From contig CM060734.1 of the NCBI GenBank assembly GCA_030704615.1, positions 26,288,001-26,352,000 on the forward strand: a stretch of 64,000 bases of DNA, read 5' to 3'. The notes under the pieces are model-generated. The model was not told the origin of the DNA, made no database searches, and worked only from the letters and a program-made list of their open reading frames with translations. The position numbers and the translations under genes were made by a program. This DNA comes from Takakia lepidozioides (taxonomy: Eukaryota > Plantae > Bryophyta). This document shows positions 23,590 through 36,786 of the stretch, in pieces (positions within the stretch are counted from its first letter, which is position 1; each line of letters begins with the position of its first letter).

Positions 23590-25508
23590 TGTCCACCAAG
23601 CGGCTGATGGAATCTTGGGACAGCTCCATGGCCGCCCGAATCATATTCAATTGTTGGGGTTTCGTGCACTTCTTGGCCATGTGCCCGGGCTCCCCGCAAT
23701 TAAAGCACACTCCATCGAAGGTCGTCTTATGTCCGCCATAAGCCGCCGTACCTAACTTTCGTTTCGGAGCACCGGGTGCCGCCTTGACGTGTGAAGGCCC
23801 TCCCTTCGATTTCCACGTGCCCTTATCGCCGCGTGGCCTATCCCACTTCTTTTTCGGTCGGAATGAGTCACCATCTCACCGGGTCTTCTTGTGGTTCAGC
23901 TCCGTATGGCCTTGTCTTTCGCCCCTAGGGACATCCGAGAAACATTCAGCCCTCTCAATTGCCTCGTTCAAAGTCTTAGGTGGCTTCTCCTCCAACTTCC
24001 GCCTGGCCTACGGAGCCAGTCCCGCCACAAAGTTGAAGACCATTTCTGGTTCTGCCATGTCCGCGACTTCGAGCAACAGCACATTGAAAGCCTGAACATA
24101 TCCCCGAATGTCATCCGTTTGCTTCAAATTCCTCATCTTGTCCCGGGCGAGCCAAGACGCGTTGAGGGGCACAATTGTCTCTTCATAAGTTCCTTGAACC
24201 CACTCCAGCTCAAGGTTTCCGGGTTTGGACCTTAGTCGTGAAGGCGTTTCTGCCACCATTGTTGAGCATAGCCCCTCAAATAGGTGGGAGCCACTTCCAC
24301 CCGATCCTCATCACTCAATTTGGCCGCTCGAAAATACTGCTCCAGCTCCAAGAGCCAGGTGTTGAGTGCCTTCCGATTTCGGACGCCCTCGAAGATGTCG
24401 GGTTCCTTAGGCTTCACCTTAAACTTTGCCTTAGTGGAAGTGACATTAGCCGCATTCAACACGTCTTTCAACGTCCCGCCAAACTGCGCCAACAACCCTT
24501 CCCAAAAGACTGTTGGCATGGGAGGCATCTGTTGGTCTGGCGGAGCCTCCGGGAGGTCCTCGGGCTCTGATTCCCCATATTCCTCCTGTTCTTGGGCGGC
24601 CTCGCTTTCAAAAGCATGAATCGCCTCCTCAAATTGCCGCTTCGGTGACACGTCGCCCCCATCGGGCTCACCAGGATCATCATCTTTCGGGCCGTTCCGC
24701 TTTCGCTTTGGCTTGCCCGACCCCATGATGTGGCCAATCTCAATGACGATCGCGTACTGAACTCTAAGCTCTGATACCAAGTGTCGCGCACCTCACTTCA
24801 GTAAGCTCCCCTTCAAGCCATAGTTACTCGCATTGATGCGCACGCCTAACTCCCAAACTGGCCGTCGGGCCAACTCGGAGCTTCGGCTGCTCACCGGGAC
24901 ATAACGGTCCCCCTTTACCCCTCCACGAGACCCTCTCTCAATTTGAGCCAAGTGGAAATTCTCTTTGGTCAATGGCAGTCCGGAACAGCTTCCCACACCT
25001 TGGTCGTTTTCCGGCTCGCACAATTATTCACAAGTTTTTGGTCACCAACGGGCTTGCACTGTTCTTGAGGTTACTACTCCTTATTTATACTTCTGTGACT
25101 GTCCGCGGGGGTTTCACAAACAACACCATCCTTTTATGGCGAACCACCACGAAAACCCTCGACTCCCGGTGATGAGTCGCGGTGAGTCTTGGCCCACCCA
25201 CCACGGCCCCATTGGACCGTGATGAGTCTCCAAGACTCCCCACGACTCCCACCACAAGGTCTCCGCCCCCATGGTGAGTCCTATGCCACCCCCACTAAGT
25301 CCCACTAAGCTACCACCACCCCTCGTGGAACCACCCCCACCGCAACCCGGTGTGCGGGGCTCCACCTAGTGAGCGCCTCCGCCTCCTTGAGTGCCTTGGG
25401 CACTCAAGGGTGCTTCAGCCCCCGCATCTATTGTTGCCACTGCCCCCACCACAGGGGCAGCCCCTCTTGTGTCCCGACCCCCTGCCCTCAAGGCAAAGGG
25501 CCGCGACA
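23590..25508 (-). mobile_element. 5' part of a Ty3/Gypsy LTR retrotransposon (LTR, PBS, gag with zinc knuckle)
   Basis: LTR 24782-25508 with TGTCGCG...CGCGACA ends. Gag LNTWLLELEQYF...AQQWW and CFNCGEPGHMAKKC. Confidence 0.92.
24768..24779 (-). other. tRNA-iMet primer-binding site
   Basis: TGGTATCAGAGC on the minus strand, 2 nt from the LTR. The same motif is at 48155-48166. Confidence 0.92.
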
Positions 25509-26413
25509 CGTCGAGGTTTCCCATTATTTGCCAGGGCCAGCTCATTCGAGCCGTCGGCGTTTTGGGGAGGGCCTCACAAGCCCCCCACTCCAACCCCTGC
25601 ATTGCCCCCCGCCGCAAAATCCCACCCACGTGGCCGCTGCCACCTGCCACGTCGACGGTCAACTGCCGTCCCCCCCCCCCTCCACCCAAAATCCTGCAAT
25701 TTCCAAACTTCAAAAAATTCCTGACGGCGGAGTTTTTCTCTGTTGGGGGCGCCATAAAGACCTGCGTGTGCAGCTCGTTCCGCGCTACATTTTTTTGTTC
25801 AAGCCGCTTGTTCATCAGACTTTATCCGTGCATGCTACGGATGGATGAAAAATCGGGCCGACCCGATTCGGGTCGGCTCGTCGTTTAGGGGTTAAAGTGA
25901 GAGACTTTTTTGAGGAGAAGGCGAGACGCTTTTTTGAGGCGGGCAATGTGAGCCTAGCAGAATGTTGTCTGCCCAGCCCATTCCATTGTGTACTTACTGG
26001 TTTGTAGGTAGTCGATGTTTTACCGCATATCAAGCCCCATATATATGCCCCCCCATAAAGGGTCAGAGTAAGAGACATGAAAAGCCGCAAAATCGATTAC
26101 CTACACGCATGCCCTACTGATGGAATGGGCATGCCGCTGCCGATTCTACATGATAACCTGCCAGGCGCACCCTGCAGAGTCGGAAGGGGCCCGGCCATTC
26201 AATCGCATTAACGAGTTTTGGGGAAGGTTATGGGCCCCTACAGCCAATCAGAGGTTGCAGACCTTGATTGGATTTTACAAAGTCAAACTGGCGATTATTT
26301 AAAAGCATAGATGGGCAGCTCTGCAGCCTTTGATTGGGTGGACATCGTACATAATGGGCTGCACAAAGTCAAGCTGGCGATTATTGAAAAGCATATTGCG
26401 CCAGGCTTGCATA

Positions 26414-26904
26414 CTGTAGTGGGATAGCCGGTTAGGCACTTGCCTGCCTAATAATTATTTATGGAACCATTTGGCAGTTAGGCACTTTTGAGAACTTTTT
26501 GTAAATTAGGCATCTTGGATATGTATTTTTTTCAAATTAGGCAACTAAAAATAATGATCACAAAATGAAAACACAAAAATATAAATATACAGCCGCTGCC
26601 ATGGATGAAAATTGAAAACTGAGTCCAGGGATGGCGTTTTAAATGAAAACTCAGCTATCATGGATGAAAAATGAAAACTGAGTCCATGGATGACGTTTTA
26701 AATCAATATCATTTTAAAGGGATATCATTTTCAGATTTGTTTATCTATTTCAGATTTTTTTGTTTAATATAAATTCAAGTTTTGATACCATAGGCACTTT
26801 TAGAGAAATTTTTGAAAATTAGGCACTCTTGTCAAAAATAATTTATTTTGATCAGGCACTTTTTTTTCAAATTAATTTCTGCCTAACCGGCTATCCCACC
26901 ACGG
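26414..26904. mobile_element. MITE with 25-bp TIRs and TA flanks (Tc1/mariner-pogo-like)
   Basis: TA|CTGTAGTGGGATAGCCGGTTAGGCA ... TGCCTAACCGGCTATCCCACCACGG|TA; AT-rich interior with repeated TTAGGCAC. Confidence 0.8.
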
Positions 26905-26941
26905 TATTCTGCTTCTTAATTTGCCTCTAAAAGGGCATACC

Positions 26942-27474
26942 GTACTGACCTAGCTTATTAGGCACTTCCGCGCCTAATAATTAATAAAAATGGAATATTA
27001 TTAGGCAGATTCGTTTTTATTATTTAGGCACCTCACCTAGGTAATGTCCAAACATTAGGCATGTAAGTTACAGTCGACCCTGGATAATAATGAACAATTG
27101 TTTTTTACCTCCCTCAAAAACTATTGTTGAGGTAATTTTCTTTTAAAAAAACATTCTCTCAAATTCAGAAGATTCACATGAGATAGGTGATGAGACTTAT
27201 GAAGATGTAGTTGCACCAATGCAGGGCCATTTGGAAGTTGTGTGGACATGAAATTATAAATTGCATGCATTTTTACCTTTTTTGGACTTTAAATAATATA
27301 ATTTAGGCATTGTTTCCACATATTTGGACATTTTGGTGTTTTTCACAATTTTCGGGCAATTAGGCACTTCTCAGGAAAATTTTCCAAGTTTTAGGCACAT
27401 TTTCCAAAAATGTTCTAAATTTAATTAGGCACTTGATTTTGAATTAATTATTGCCTAATAAGCTAGGTCAGTAC
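26942..27474. mobile_element. Second MITE with 23-bp perfect TIRs
   Basis: GTACTGACCTAGCTTATTAGGCA ... TGCCTAATAAGCTAGGTCAGTAC; many internal TTAGGCA motifs. Confidence 0.82.
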
Positions 27475-27487
27475 TCTGCCTCAAAAA

Positions 27488-30400
27488 GGAAGAGACTACG
27501 CTTACCCCACGAGTTTAAGGCAAGCATGTGAGATGGTGGGGCCCGCTGGCCGGAGCTCCGAGGGGCTCCGGTAGCCTACCAGTCAAATCTCATCCCCATT
27601 GGGGAAGGGGGGGAATGCTCTTGTTCCCTCCTCATGCTCCCCACCTTTAGGACCCTGTTTCCAAACGTTCCCGGCTCCTCCCCATTGGGACAGGGGAGCG
27701 AGGAGGGAGCGGGGAGGGAGCGGGGACTAGGAACAAGGAGCGAGCCGTGTTCCACAGCGCGAGGAGGGGACCGGGACCGGGAACAGGGCAACGAGCCATA
27801 TTCCATAGGGCGAAGAGGGGAGCGGGGACCAGTACTCCCCCTCATCCCCCGATCCCATGCGGCTTCACAATGGACTTATATGCCCGGTCCCCTTCACCGT
27901 GCACTGCTCCCCCATGTATCACCCAAAGAGTTCGCTCAACAAGGTACTGCGGTTGTCATCCGGCGGGGCAATTATTGAAGCCAGCGCCCCGTGTTCAGTG
28001 ACCCATGATGTTTTGTGCGATTCACAGTGGTATGAGACATTTGTGGTGACCTCGGTGGGAACCATTTGGATTCCCATAGTGTATATAACATATCGGACAC
28101 CGTATATGTGGTTTTGAAAGCCATTTTGTCTCATAACGGGGGATCCTGCAAAGGTAAAAAGTATGTCTTCTCCAGGCACTGTATACACTATATGCAATCC
28201 AGCATCCGAGTGAGCTTGTTATGACTGCCCTAACACCATGGAAGGGAACCTATGCAAGCACCAAGTGAAGGTGTTCAAGATGTTGTGGCCACATGTACCA
28301 GAGGGTTTAATTGTTCGAACTTGTGGAACACGACTTGGGACACTCAATGGGGGCATGGCCAAGCTGCTTGACCTTGATCCCCTGTCCGTTGCGGAGCCCC
28401 CGTGTGACACAGATCCCATGTGTGGCATTGATCCCCCTGTAACAGACACGGTTCCGGCTGGTAATGTCTTGGGCGAGCAGCAGCCCTGCCATGAATCGGA
28501 GGCAACTGTCATGAAGGCCATCGTAGAGGAGATGCTCGGTTTGGAAGTCTGTGTGAAAGGTAACATGGCCCTTCAGAACCATCTTTTGAGTGACCTTCGT
28601 GTCACAAGAGGAAAGCTAGCGCAAATGGCCACACACATTTTTGCGGGTCTTCTCCACCCACATCTTGTAAGAAGGTTTGAACGTGTTCAGGATGGATCGG
28701 GAATGAGTTTGAAGAGAAGAAATGATTGGGTAGAGGTTTCTATGTCGCGGAAATCAAGACGTCTTAGATCGAAAAGAGTCTCAGCAATCCCTCCATCTTC
28801 GTCTATTTTGCATGCACTTCATCAAGATGGGCGTCCCAGATTGAAGGGTTGAGAGTAAGCAGGTTTATGCTCTCGTGCTCCCATTCAGATTGCTGATTTC
28901 CCTGAGATTGCATTCTCATCAAAACAAGACTTGCAAGGTAGGCAACTACGCTTGTGAGTTGTATCAGGAGACTGGCCCCTTGCGTAAAGGGAGTCAGTTA
29001 ATGTTTGTGAATGGGATAATCTCTGGAACTAACGTGTCGTTGTTGGTGGACACAAGAGCGTCGCACTCCTTCATGACACCGGCAACGACACGGAAGCTGG
29101 GGCTCCCGACAAGTGATGTGGGGGCCTCTATTGAAGTGCGTTCTGCCAAAGGAGAACCGCAACTGGCGACGAGGTTGGCAATCAATGTTCCTCTTCAGCT
29201 CGGGGGTTGGGAGGGACGTGAGAACTTCACCATTTGTGAGATCGATGGAGTGGATCTCATTTTGGGGATGACATTTTTGAGCAAATCCGGAGCGGTCATA
29301 GATGGCCGCAAGAGAATAGTCACGCTACCGTGTGGGAATGGTGGCGAAGTTTTACGGGTATCGGAAACGCCCAACCGAGTGGGAGGGCGAATAAACCTGC
29401 TGTCAATAAAGGAGTGGGTCGTGGAGGAGCCACACGAGCCCAGTTTTTGCTTTACGTAAGACAAGTGGAAGGAGAAGTCGATAGGGAGCCGAGCCCAGAT
29501 TGGATCAAGGGGATCAAGGAGAAATACCAGGATGTGATGCCGGAGGATTTACAAGCGGCTTGCCACCGCGAAGAGGAGATAGAGGTGATACCGGGATCGG
29601 AGCTGCCTGCCAAGGTGCCCTACCGGTTGAGCCACAGAGAGTTGGTCGAGCTGAAGGCCCAGCTCAAGGATCTAATGTCAAAGGGGTACATCTGGCCGAG
29701 TAAGTCACCTTACGGAGCCCCGGTGCTATTCGCAGACAAGAAGGATGGGACGCTGCGGATGTGCGTCGATTACAGGGCTCTGAATAAGGTGACTATAAAA
29801 AACCGGTACCCTCTGCCAAGGATCGACAACCTCTTCGATTGGTTGGCAGGAGCAAAGTATTTCAGCCGGATCGATTTGCGCTCAAGTTACCATTAAATCC
29901 GAGTGGCGGAAGGAGATGAGGAGAAGACCGCGTGCAGGACAAGATATGGTTCATATGAGTTCTTGGTGATACCTTTTGGGCTCACCAATGCATTATTCAA
30001 AATGGCTAAAGCTATGTTCAGTGACGCATGTGTTCTGTGATTCACAATGGAATGAAAGAAATGTAGATGATCATCCACCTTTTATTGCAATTGAGTCTGT
30101 ATGCATGCATTTGCAGTGATGTGCAAAACACAAATTATGTTTAGCATTTAAATTAACACTCCTGAATTCCAATACTGAAAAACGGTTGCCGCCAGTCTCT
30201 AGTGCGTTCCCTGCCACCATTTTTGCATTGCAAGCACACTGCTCCCCTCCTCCCATCATCCCCCTCTTCGTGTAGTGCTTCGGCCTCTGCTCCCCTGAGC
30301 CTGCAGAGGTTCCCTGATCCCCCTGACCCCCCCTTCTCATCACAGCTGGCGCCCTCACACCCCTGCTTCCCGACGTTGTGCTCAGCTCCCCGTGATCCCC

Positions 30401-30874
30401 TTCCCATCGAGCACATTCTAGAGTGCGAGGAGGGGAGCGGGGACCAGGAACAGGGGAGCGAGCATGTTCCAGAAGGCGAGGAGGGGAGCAGGGACCGGGA
30501 ACAGGGGAGCGAGCTGCATTCCAAAGGGCGCAGAAGGGACCGGGACCGGGAATAGGGGAGCGGGCCTGGGAACAAGGAGGGGAACAAGGAGGGGATAGAG
30601 GAGGGGATAGAGGAGCGGACATTGGGAACAGGGGAACGGAGCACTTGGACTTATAAATATTTTGGAGATGAAAAAAGTTTAATTGAGTCACATGTGCAAT
30701 CAATCACTCAGTATTATATGTCTGCAGTGTTTTGAGCCTCAGACCTCCCCACAATATTGCATATCACATCACCCCACTCTACCATCCACTTCTCGCCCAT
30801 CTTGTGATTTTTAATTCTTTATCCTAAAATACAGGCTCGCAGGTGAGAGGGAGCAGGGTAAGCGTAGTCTTCTC
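27488..30874 (+). mobile_element. Non-autonomous Mutator-like element with 10-bp TSD, SWIM remnant and an internal Gypsy PR-RT fragment
   Basis: TIR core AGACTACGCTTACCC / GGGTAAGCGTAGTCT. TSD GCCTCAAAAA at 27478-27487 and 30875-30884. SWIM remnant CYDCPNTMEGNLCKHQVKV at ~28215-28275. Confidence 0.9.
28923..29990 (+). mobile_element. Ty3/Gypsy protease-RT fragment (same family as 43295-48886)
   Basis: [54 protein letters not shown]; no LTRs. Confidence 0.92.
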
Positions 30875-31173
30875 GCCTCAAAAATCTTAATGTCAGACTT
30901 CCCGTGGGGGCCAACGCCTTACCTGCTCCACTGTAGTTAAATCTGGCGAAAAATCGCCATATTTGAAAAATGGGTCACCGACATGTATAATGGTATTATG
31001 GAGTATAAAATTTTGGAAATTTCGTCATAATACACTAGGGCTGGAACTTGGAACATCAATTGTCACCATGGACCTATCATCACATGCCATCTGTCATATA
31101 ACCACATGTCTAGTGGTGCCAGCTCGTTTCTAGGGCCAAACCGGCCTTGGGTGGCTTTTGAAAAACGGGAAAA

Positions 31174-31204
<31 letters not shown>

Positions 31205-31348
31205 CATACACACTAGTTCCAGTATGTCAAGGAATTTGGGGGTATATTATTGGGGCCTTTGCAGCCTGTGATTGGCCTAATGGGATTGTTCAAAGTCAAA
31301 CATGCTAGCTTTTGCATAATGTGCTAGCACTGCGGAGCAATTATATTC

Positions 31349-31931
31349 GCCTGTCATTTTAGATTAATAGAGTCTTGAATGCATTACGGGGCCCACACAT
31401 GGTGGGACGCGCAAAAAGGAGAGGGTCACCCCACCCCACCCGGCCCATGGGTCTGCAGGGATGGTCTGGAGCATGGAGGGTCTCCTCATGCCCCACTGGC
31501 AGACCTGCTAGTAGACCCCCTGACCGGCAGACCCGCGGGAAAGCCTCTCCTTAGGCGCATACGCTATTCCATGGTCGAAGTTTTAGAATAAAGCAAAAAA
31601 AAATTGATGTCAAAGGAGAAAGCGGTGGGTATGGTGCAATCCTTGAAAGTGCGATGGTTGCGGGTTTAAATCTAGAATGTCAGTACGAATGGAGATGGGA
31701 AGTACATAAAGTCATTTTTGAAGCTGGAAAAACTCGTAAAGTCTTTGAAAAATTCTAAGTCCCGGATAAGGCAGCAGAGCCTCTTTGGGTCTTGCCTGAG
31801 AGGGTCTGCCCTGATAAGTAGCGGAAGACCCTATGGCGTGGACCCGGCCATGGTGGGGTGACCCCATGTTTGGACGTGGCAGGACCCACAAGCCTCCGCA
31901 TTCAAGACACTATTAATCTAAAATGAGAGTC
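31349..31931. mobile_element. Mutator-type MITE with 9-bp TSD
   Basis: TIR TCATTTTAGATTAATAG(A/T)GTCTTGAATGC at both ends. TSD ATTATATTC at 31340-31348 and 31932-31940. Confidence 0.9.
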
Positions 31932-33284
31932 ATTATATTCTGTTTTTTAATACTTCGGAAAGAGGACAATCTACCCCCAAATCCTTAACTGGAGTAGAAG
32001 CCTTCTTCACTCGTAACAACACCGGTTGAAGTTGGCTTGTAGGCCATTTTGAGGCCCCACATTCTTTTGTATTGGCTTCCATTCTGGTGGGCTTTTCTAG
32101 GGAGTTTATTCAGCTCAGCTGTTCTATTAATTAATATAGTTGTGGTTCATGTTTGCGTTTTTTTTGGGGCGTGCATGTGTGCAGAGCCCACTAAAAGTAG
32201 GTACAAACTACTAACTTAGTAAGTAAGTAGTAAGAGGCGGCCCCGACCTTGTCAAGCGGTCACGGATCTTTCTAGAAGGCTGCCCCACGCATGTCACCCC
32301 TAGAAACCACCACTCTACATATCCCAAATTGGCGCATGGACGGACCATCCTCCATTTAATAGTTGTCTTCTTCCTACCTTCTTTTTTAGACCCCCAACAC
32401 AAAATTATTTCTTCAAATATACGATCGTTTTAGTTGATGCTCCTGCAACTCAACAGTAAGACAGATGTGTGATTAATCCCAATGCCATTCCATATGCTCT
32501 CTATATGAATTAAAACTAAAATCTAGCATATTGCAATGGCCACATTGCAACATTAGCAATGGCATATTTTTTAGATCCCATGTGACCATTCAGTTCATCC
32601 GAAAACATAAAAATATATGTAAGAATAATTAAGTTATATTTTGATATTCTCTAATACTCACTTCTTACCTATGTACCTTAAAAGTAGTACCTCGTTGCAA
32701 TATCCAACAAATGACCTAATGGTAAGTACCATATGGGTATATATGGGTACTATATTTGGACCAACCGATTATTTAATGTATAAGTACCTAGTGATTCTCG
32801 AGTATTTGGGGAGGTTGGGCAACCACGTTGCTTCACTTATAGTCGTTATAAAATGTTCATTTTTCCAAATAATTGAAAAATCCTTTAAGATGAAATGATA
32901 CCATAAATTACGTTTGCGTTTGCAAGAATCTTCCTCACTCTTCTATCTATACCATTGCCTGACAAATTCATTAGTGTATCAAAGCACTGTTGATAATTGT
33001 GACACACTCAACCACCGGCAATAGTGTACTAGAACTTGAAGACTTTGATTATACTTTGTTTTCCAATTAACGGGTGGGGAACTCACTCACAAGATGGAAT
33101 CCCTAGTGGACAATGATGTTCTCTTAGCATTTGCGCATATTCTCATCATTACGCAATATTTAATGGATCAGTTTCTAGAGCTTTCTGGGTCCAAGACACC
33201 CATTTTGCATGTAGTAGCATCATTTTGTGTAGGTCCATTGCATGGAGGTGGACAAAGACAATACCCTTGAGCCCCTCTTGAGGA

Positions 33285-34050
33285 GCGACGCTACGGCTTG
33301 AGCAGTGAGCGCATGCTCACGCAAGGCTGACGTGGCGTGAGCCCACGCTCATGCCACGTCAGCGTGAGCGGATGCCATGTCAGCAAATGCCACAAGACGG
33401 GCGGTCGAAGAAAGAGTACATATTCCCGCTGGACCTATAACCGTGGGAATAGGCATGTAAAGTATGATGAAATTAGACCCCATTATGAAAAAGAGCACAT
33501 GGCTTTAATGAATAGGTAGGACTGTCAACTGCTGACCTATGCTGCATATTGCAAACAAGACGACACCATTTTGAGAGGCAATTGCCAAAAAAAAATATCC
33601 CCTGAAAGTGGTGTGCGGTGCCACACATCACTTTAAGTGGCAACTGCGGGAAAAAAAAAACCCTAAAACAAAACCCTAAAAAACCCCCAAAAATGAAAAA
33701 AAAAACCCGGAAAGGGGTGTGTGGCACCGCACACCGCTTTCAGTGGCACCACACACTAAAACAAAACCCTAAAAGAACCCTAAAATCCTTAAAAAACATA
33801 AAAAACCCAAAAAAAAAAACAAACAAATCCCTGAAAAAGGTTGTGCGGCACCGCACACCTCTTTCAGTGGCACTGCACACTAAAACCAAACCCTTACAAA
33901 ACCCTAAAAATCCTAAAAAAAACCCTTAAAACCCTTAAAACTTTAAAAAAAAACCCCAAAAAAAAGAAAAATAAAATTATGAAAAGGTGGTGTGCGGCAC
34001 CGCACACTAAAAAAACCCTACGAAAACCCTAAAAACCCTAAAAAAAAACC
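33285..34050. mobile_element. Another terminus of the GCGTGAGC family followed by a third hairpin array (GTGTGCGGCACCGCACAC, 4 units, A-rich spacers)
   Basis: GTGAGCGCATGCTCAC, TGACGTGGCGTGAGC and GGACCTATAACCGTGGG resemble 13135-13300. Hairpins at ~33608, 33714, 33839 and 33986. Confidence 0.7.
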
Positions 34051-34549
34051 CTAATTACCCATCCACTATACCATTTTCCCCTTAATTACTAATTTTCATA
34101 GTGCCCACTATTAATATCGCAGCAATCGGTTGGATCCTTGGCAACTATGCTCTTCATATAACCTTGTCACTGGCATGCCTACAGGGACATCCTGCCCGTG
34201 GTTGTGGGTGTCATCCGCGGAATTGCGTACAGTACCTTTTTGCAAAATCTTGGGGCAGCACCGCTCAGGTGAGCATAGGCTCACCGCTCACGATCTAGCA
34301 TCCCTCGTTGTATCTTATCTGGGATGTGGGTGAAATACATATCCTGAGCATTGATTCAGGAATTTCTATTAGAATTATACATGATGCTCAATGACTCATG
34401 ATTATGAAAATGAGTTTATAGACCTTCGATTGGAATTTTGAACCGCCAAAATTTTGAATGTAAATTTAATTCAAAGTTTAATGCAATTTTTTTATTCTTT
34501 AGGTTTTACTGCAAGACACTAACTATTGCATCGCTTTATATACTCCCAT

Positions 34550-36786
34550 CACTCAAGAGATCCTGGCTTTTTTTACAACAAAAGTAGTTCACACCTGACT
34601 TTTTTTACACAAAATTTTACACCCCTGTAAAATTTCGATGGTGAAAAATGAGCCAGTGTAAGAAAAGCCGCTTCGTGTAGACTATTCTACACCAAGCTCA
34701 CATCTTCTGTAGTCAACGGTTGTTGACCGTGAAGGTATCCAACAGTGTACAAGACTTATCTCACACCGGTGTGAGAATGAGCCATAGAGTGTAAGTTAAT
34801 CCACACAATGGGGTGGAACTATATGATGTGGCATGCTGACTATACATGGTATGAGAAAGGTTACTGGGCTTATTTTATACTAGTGTAATTTATGCCACAT
34901 TGGTAGTACACGTCGATTAAGGGACTCAGTGGTATGCTGACTAGACATGGTGTGAGAAAGGTTACTAGGGTTTATTTTACACTAGTGTGGATTATGCCAC
35001 ATTGGTAGGACAAAGTTTGTTATGTTTATATTCAATGAAACCACTTATGTTGTGCATGTATGTGTAATAGGTGTGTTGGTAAGTGTATAGTGACTTAGTG
35101 ATGTTATAATGAGGAGGTTTTAGGTTCAAGTGTGTATTGTCTAGTAATGTGTGGGATGGTGTGCGGTCAATCGTTGTTTCTGGTTAATCCTAACTATTCA
35201 AATGATGTAGAATTTAGATCTTCATGAACATGTTAGTGACTACCTTCATTATAGTAACGGTTTTATGAGGTATATGGATGTATGAAGTGGTGGGTCACCA
35301 GCAGTAAAACCCGGCCTGCCCCCGGTTGTCAAAACTTGCTACAACAAAATTTCGATCCTAGTCATCATTGCATCGTTGCTGGGTACCAACAGAAGTGGTA
35401 ATCCCAGGCTGCATCACTGTCTAATAGAGTTATCTTACAAGTTCTTTATGGTGGTTATGTTGGCGTCACATCTGCTAGCACTGGCCTCATTGTAGTCTTT
35501 TCCGTTGGGGCTGGGGGTGTTGTGGATAAGCAGATGGAGATAGGGAAGCTGAGGGAAACTGATGAGGAGTTGCCAGACAAACGGCACAGTAGCAAGCATG
35601 AGACTTCAGTCAGATGTGCACAGAATCTGCTCCTTTCCGTGGGCTATTGGAGGCAAAAAAAAACCTTTTAATGGCAGCACATTTCTTGTCTTAAAGCTTC
35701 TGTATCTGATAGTCAAGTGCACTTGTAGGTTGTTCCAGAACATAGATCTGCATGTTCCTCAGATCATGTTCCATCCAATTCCCTGAAAACAGCCTGTTGC
35801 CTTGCTTGGAATGATTCATTTTGTACCCTGAGGTAAAGAAGGCTCGGGGCCATGTCAGGGCAGACTCTTAACTATTCCAACACTCCCATCAACCTTCCTG
35901 TTGAGAATTGTAGATTCAATGGTCAGGGTGCCTTGCTGGATGACTTCCACAAGGCTTGGACTCGTGACAGTTTGTTCTGTGTGAGGGTTGAATCATGCCA
36001 GCTTCTTTGGCAACTGACTTCCACTGTATTTTGGGATTTGATTGATTGCCGACGTCTGCTTTTGTTGGTTTCTCTCATAAAGTGGTTCCTCTTTCAGAAA
36101 ATATAATGTCAGTTTCCAATTCACAAATGCAGCAAGAGTACACCCACTGCCTGCATTTTGGATCTTGAAGGGAAATGGCCTCTCCCCATTGACAATAAGA
36201 GGTACTTGTTAGTCAAGAGTTAACGAACAACTTGAGTTATTATTATTAGTACTACAACTAATATTAGTTATAGTTATGTTGATAACTCTTATCAACACTC
36301 TTCATGATGAAGATGATTATGATGACGACTCTCATCAACACTAGAGATGCGGTATTTCAAATTTTGAATTTTTGAACCGCCAAAATTTACATTTTAAATT
36401 TTGAATTTGAATTTTGAGTTTGATTTTCTGAACCGCCAAAATTTAAATTTTTAAATTTGAATTTTGAATATGAATTTGAATTTTGAATTCGCCACATTGT
36501 CAAGCAGGGTGTAAGATAAGCCGTCAAAAAATCCAGTTGAAATGGATGTAAGGAAAGCCAGTCAAAACGGATGTAAAAAAAACCATGTCAAAAAAGCCAG
36601 ACAGGTCGGGCGCCACGTCAGGGTGTAGATGGGTGTAAGATTGCTTTTTCGACACCACTGGCTTTTTCTACATGGTGGCGGAATCAACATGGTTTACCTT
36701 ACACCCAGGGGGATGTGAGCAAGTGGCTTTTTTTTACACCTGCAGGTGTAGAAAATGGTGTAAAAAAACCAGTTTCTCTTGTAGTG
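34550..36786. mobile_element. Non-autonomous CACTA element with 3-bp TSD
   Basis: CACT(-)CAAGAGA.CCTGGCTTTTTTTACA ... TGTAAAAAAACCAGTTTCTCTTGTAGTG. TSD CAT at 34547-34549 and 36787-36789. Subterminal TTTTACAC/GTGTAA repeats. Confidence 0.88.

Noticed and set aside
33650-34055. AAACCCTAAA runs resembling plant telomere repeats
   Set aside because: Scattered degenerate motifs in A-rich spacers, not a tandem CCCTAAA tract.
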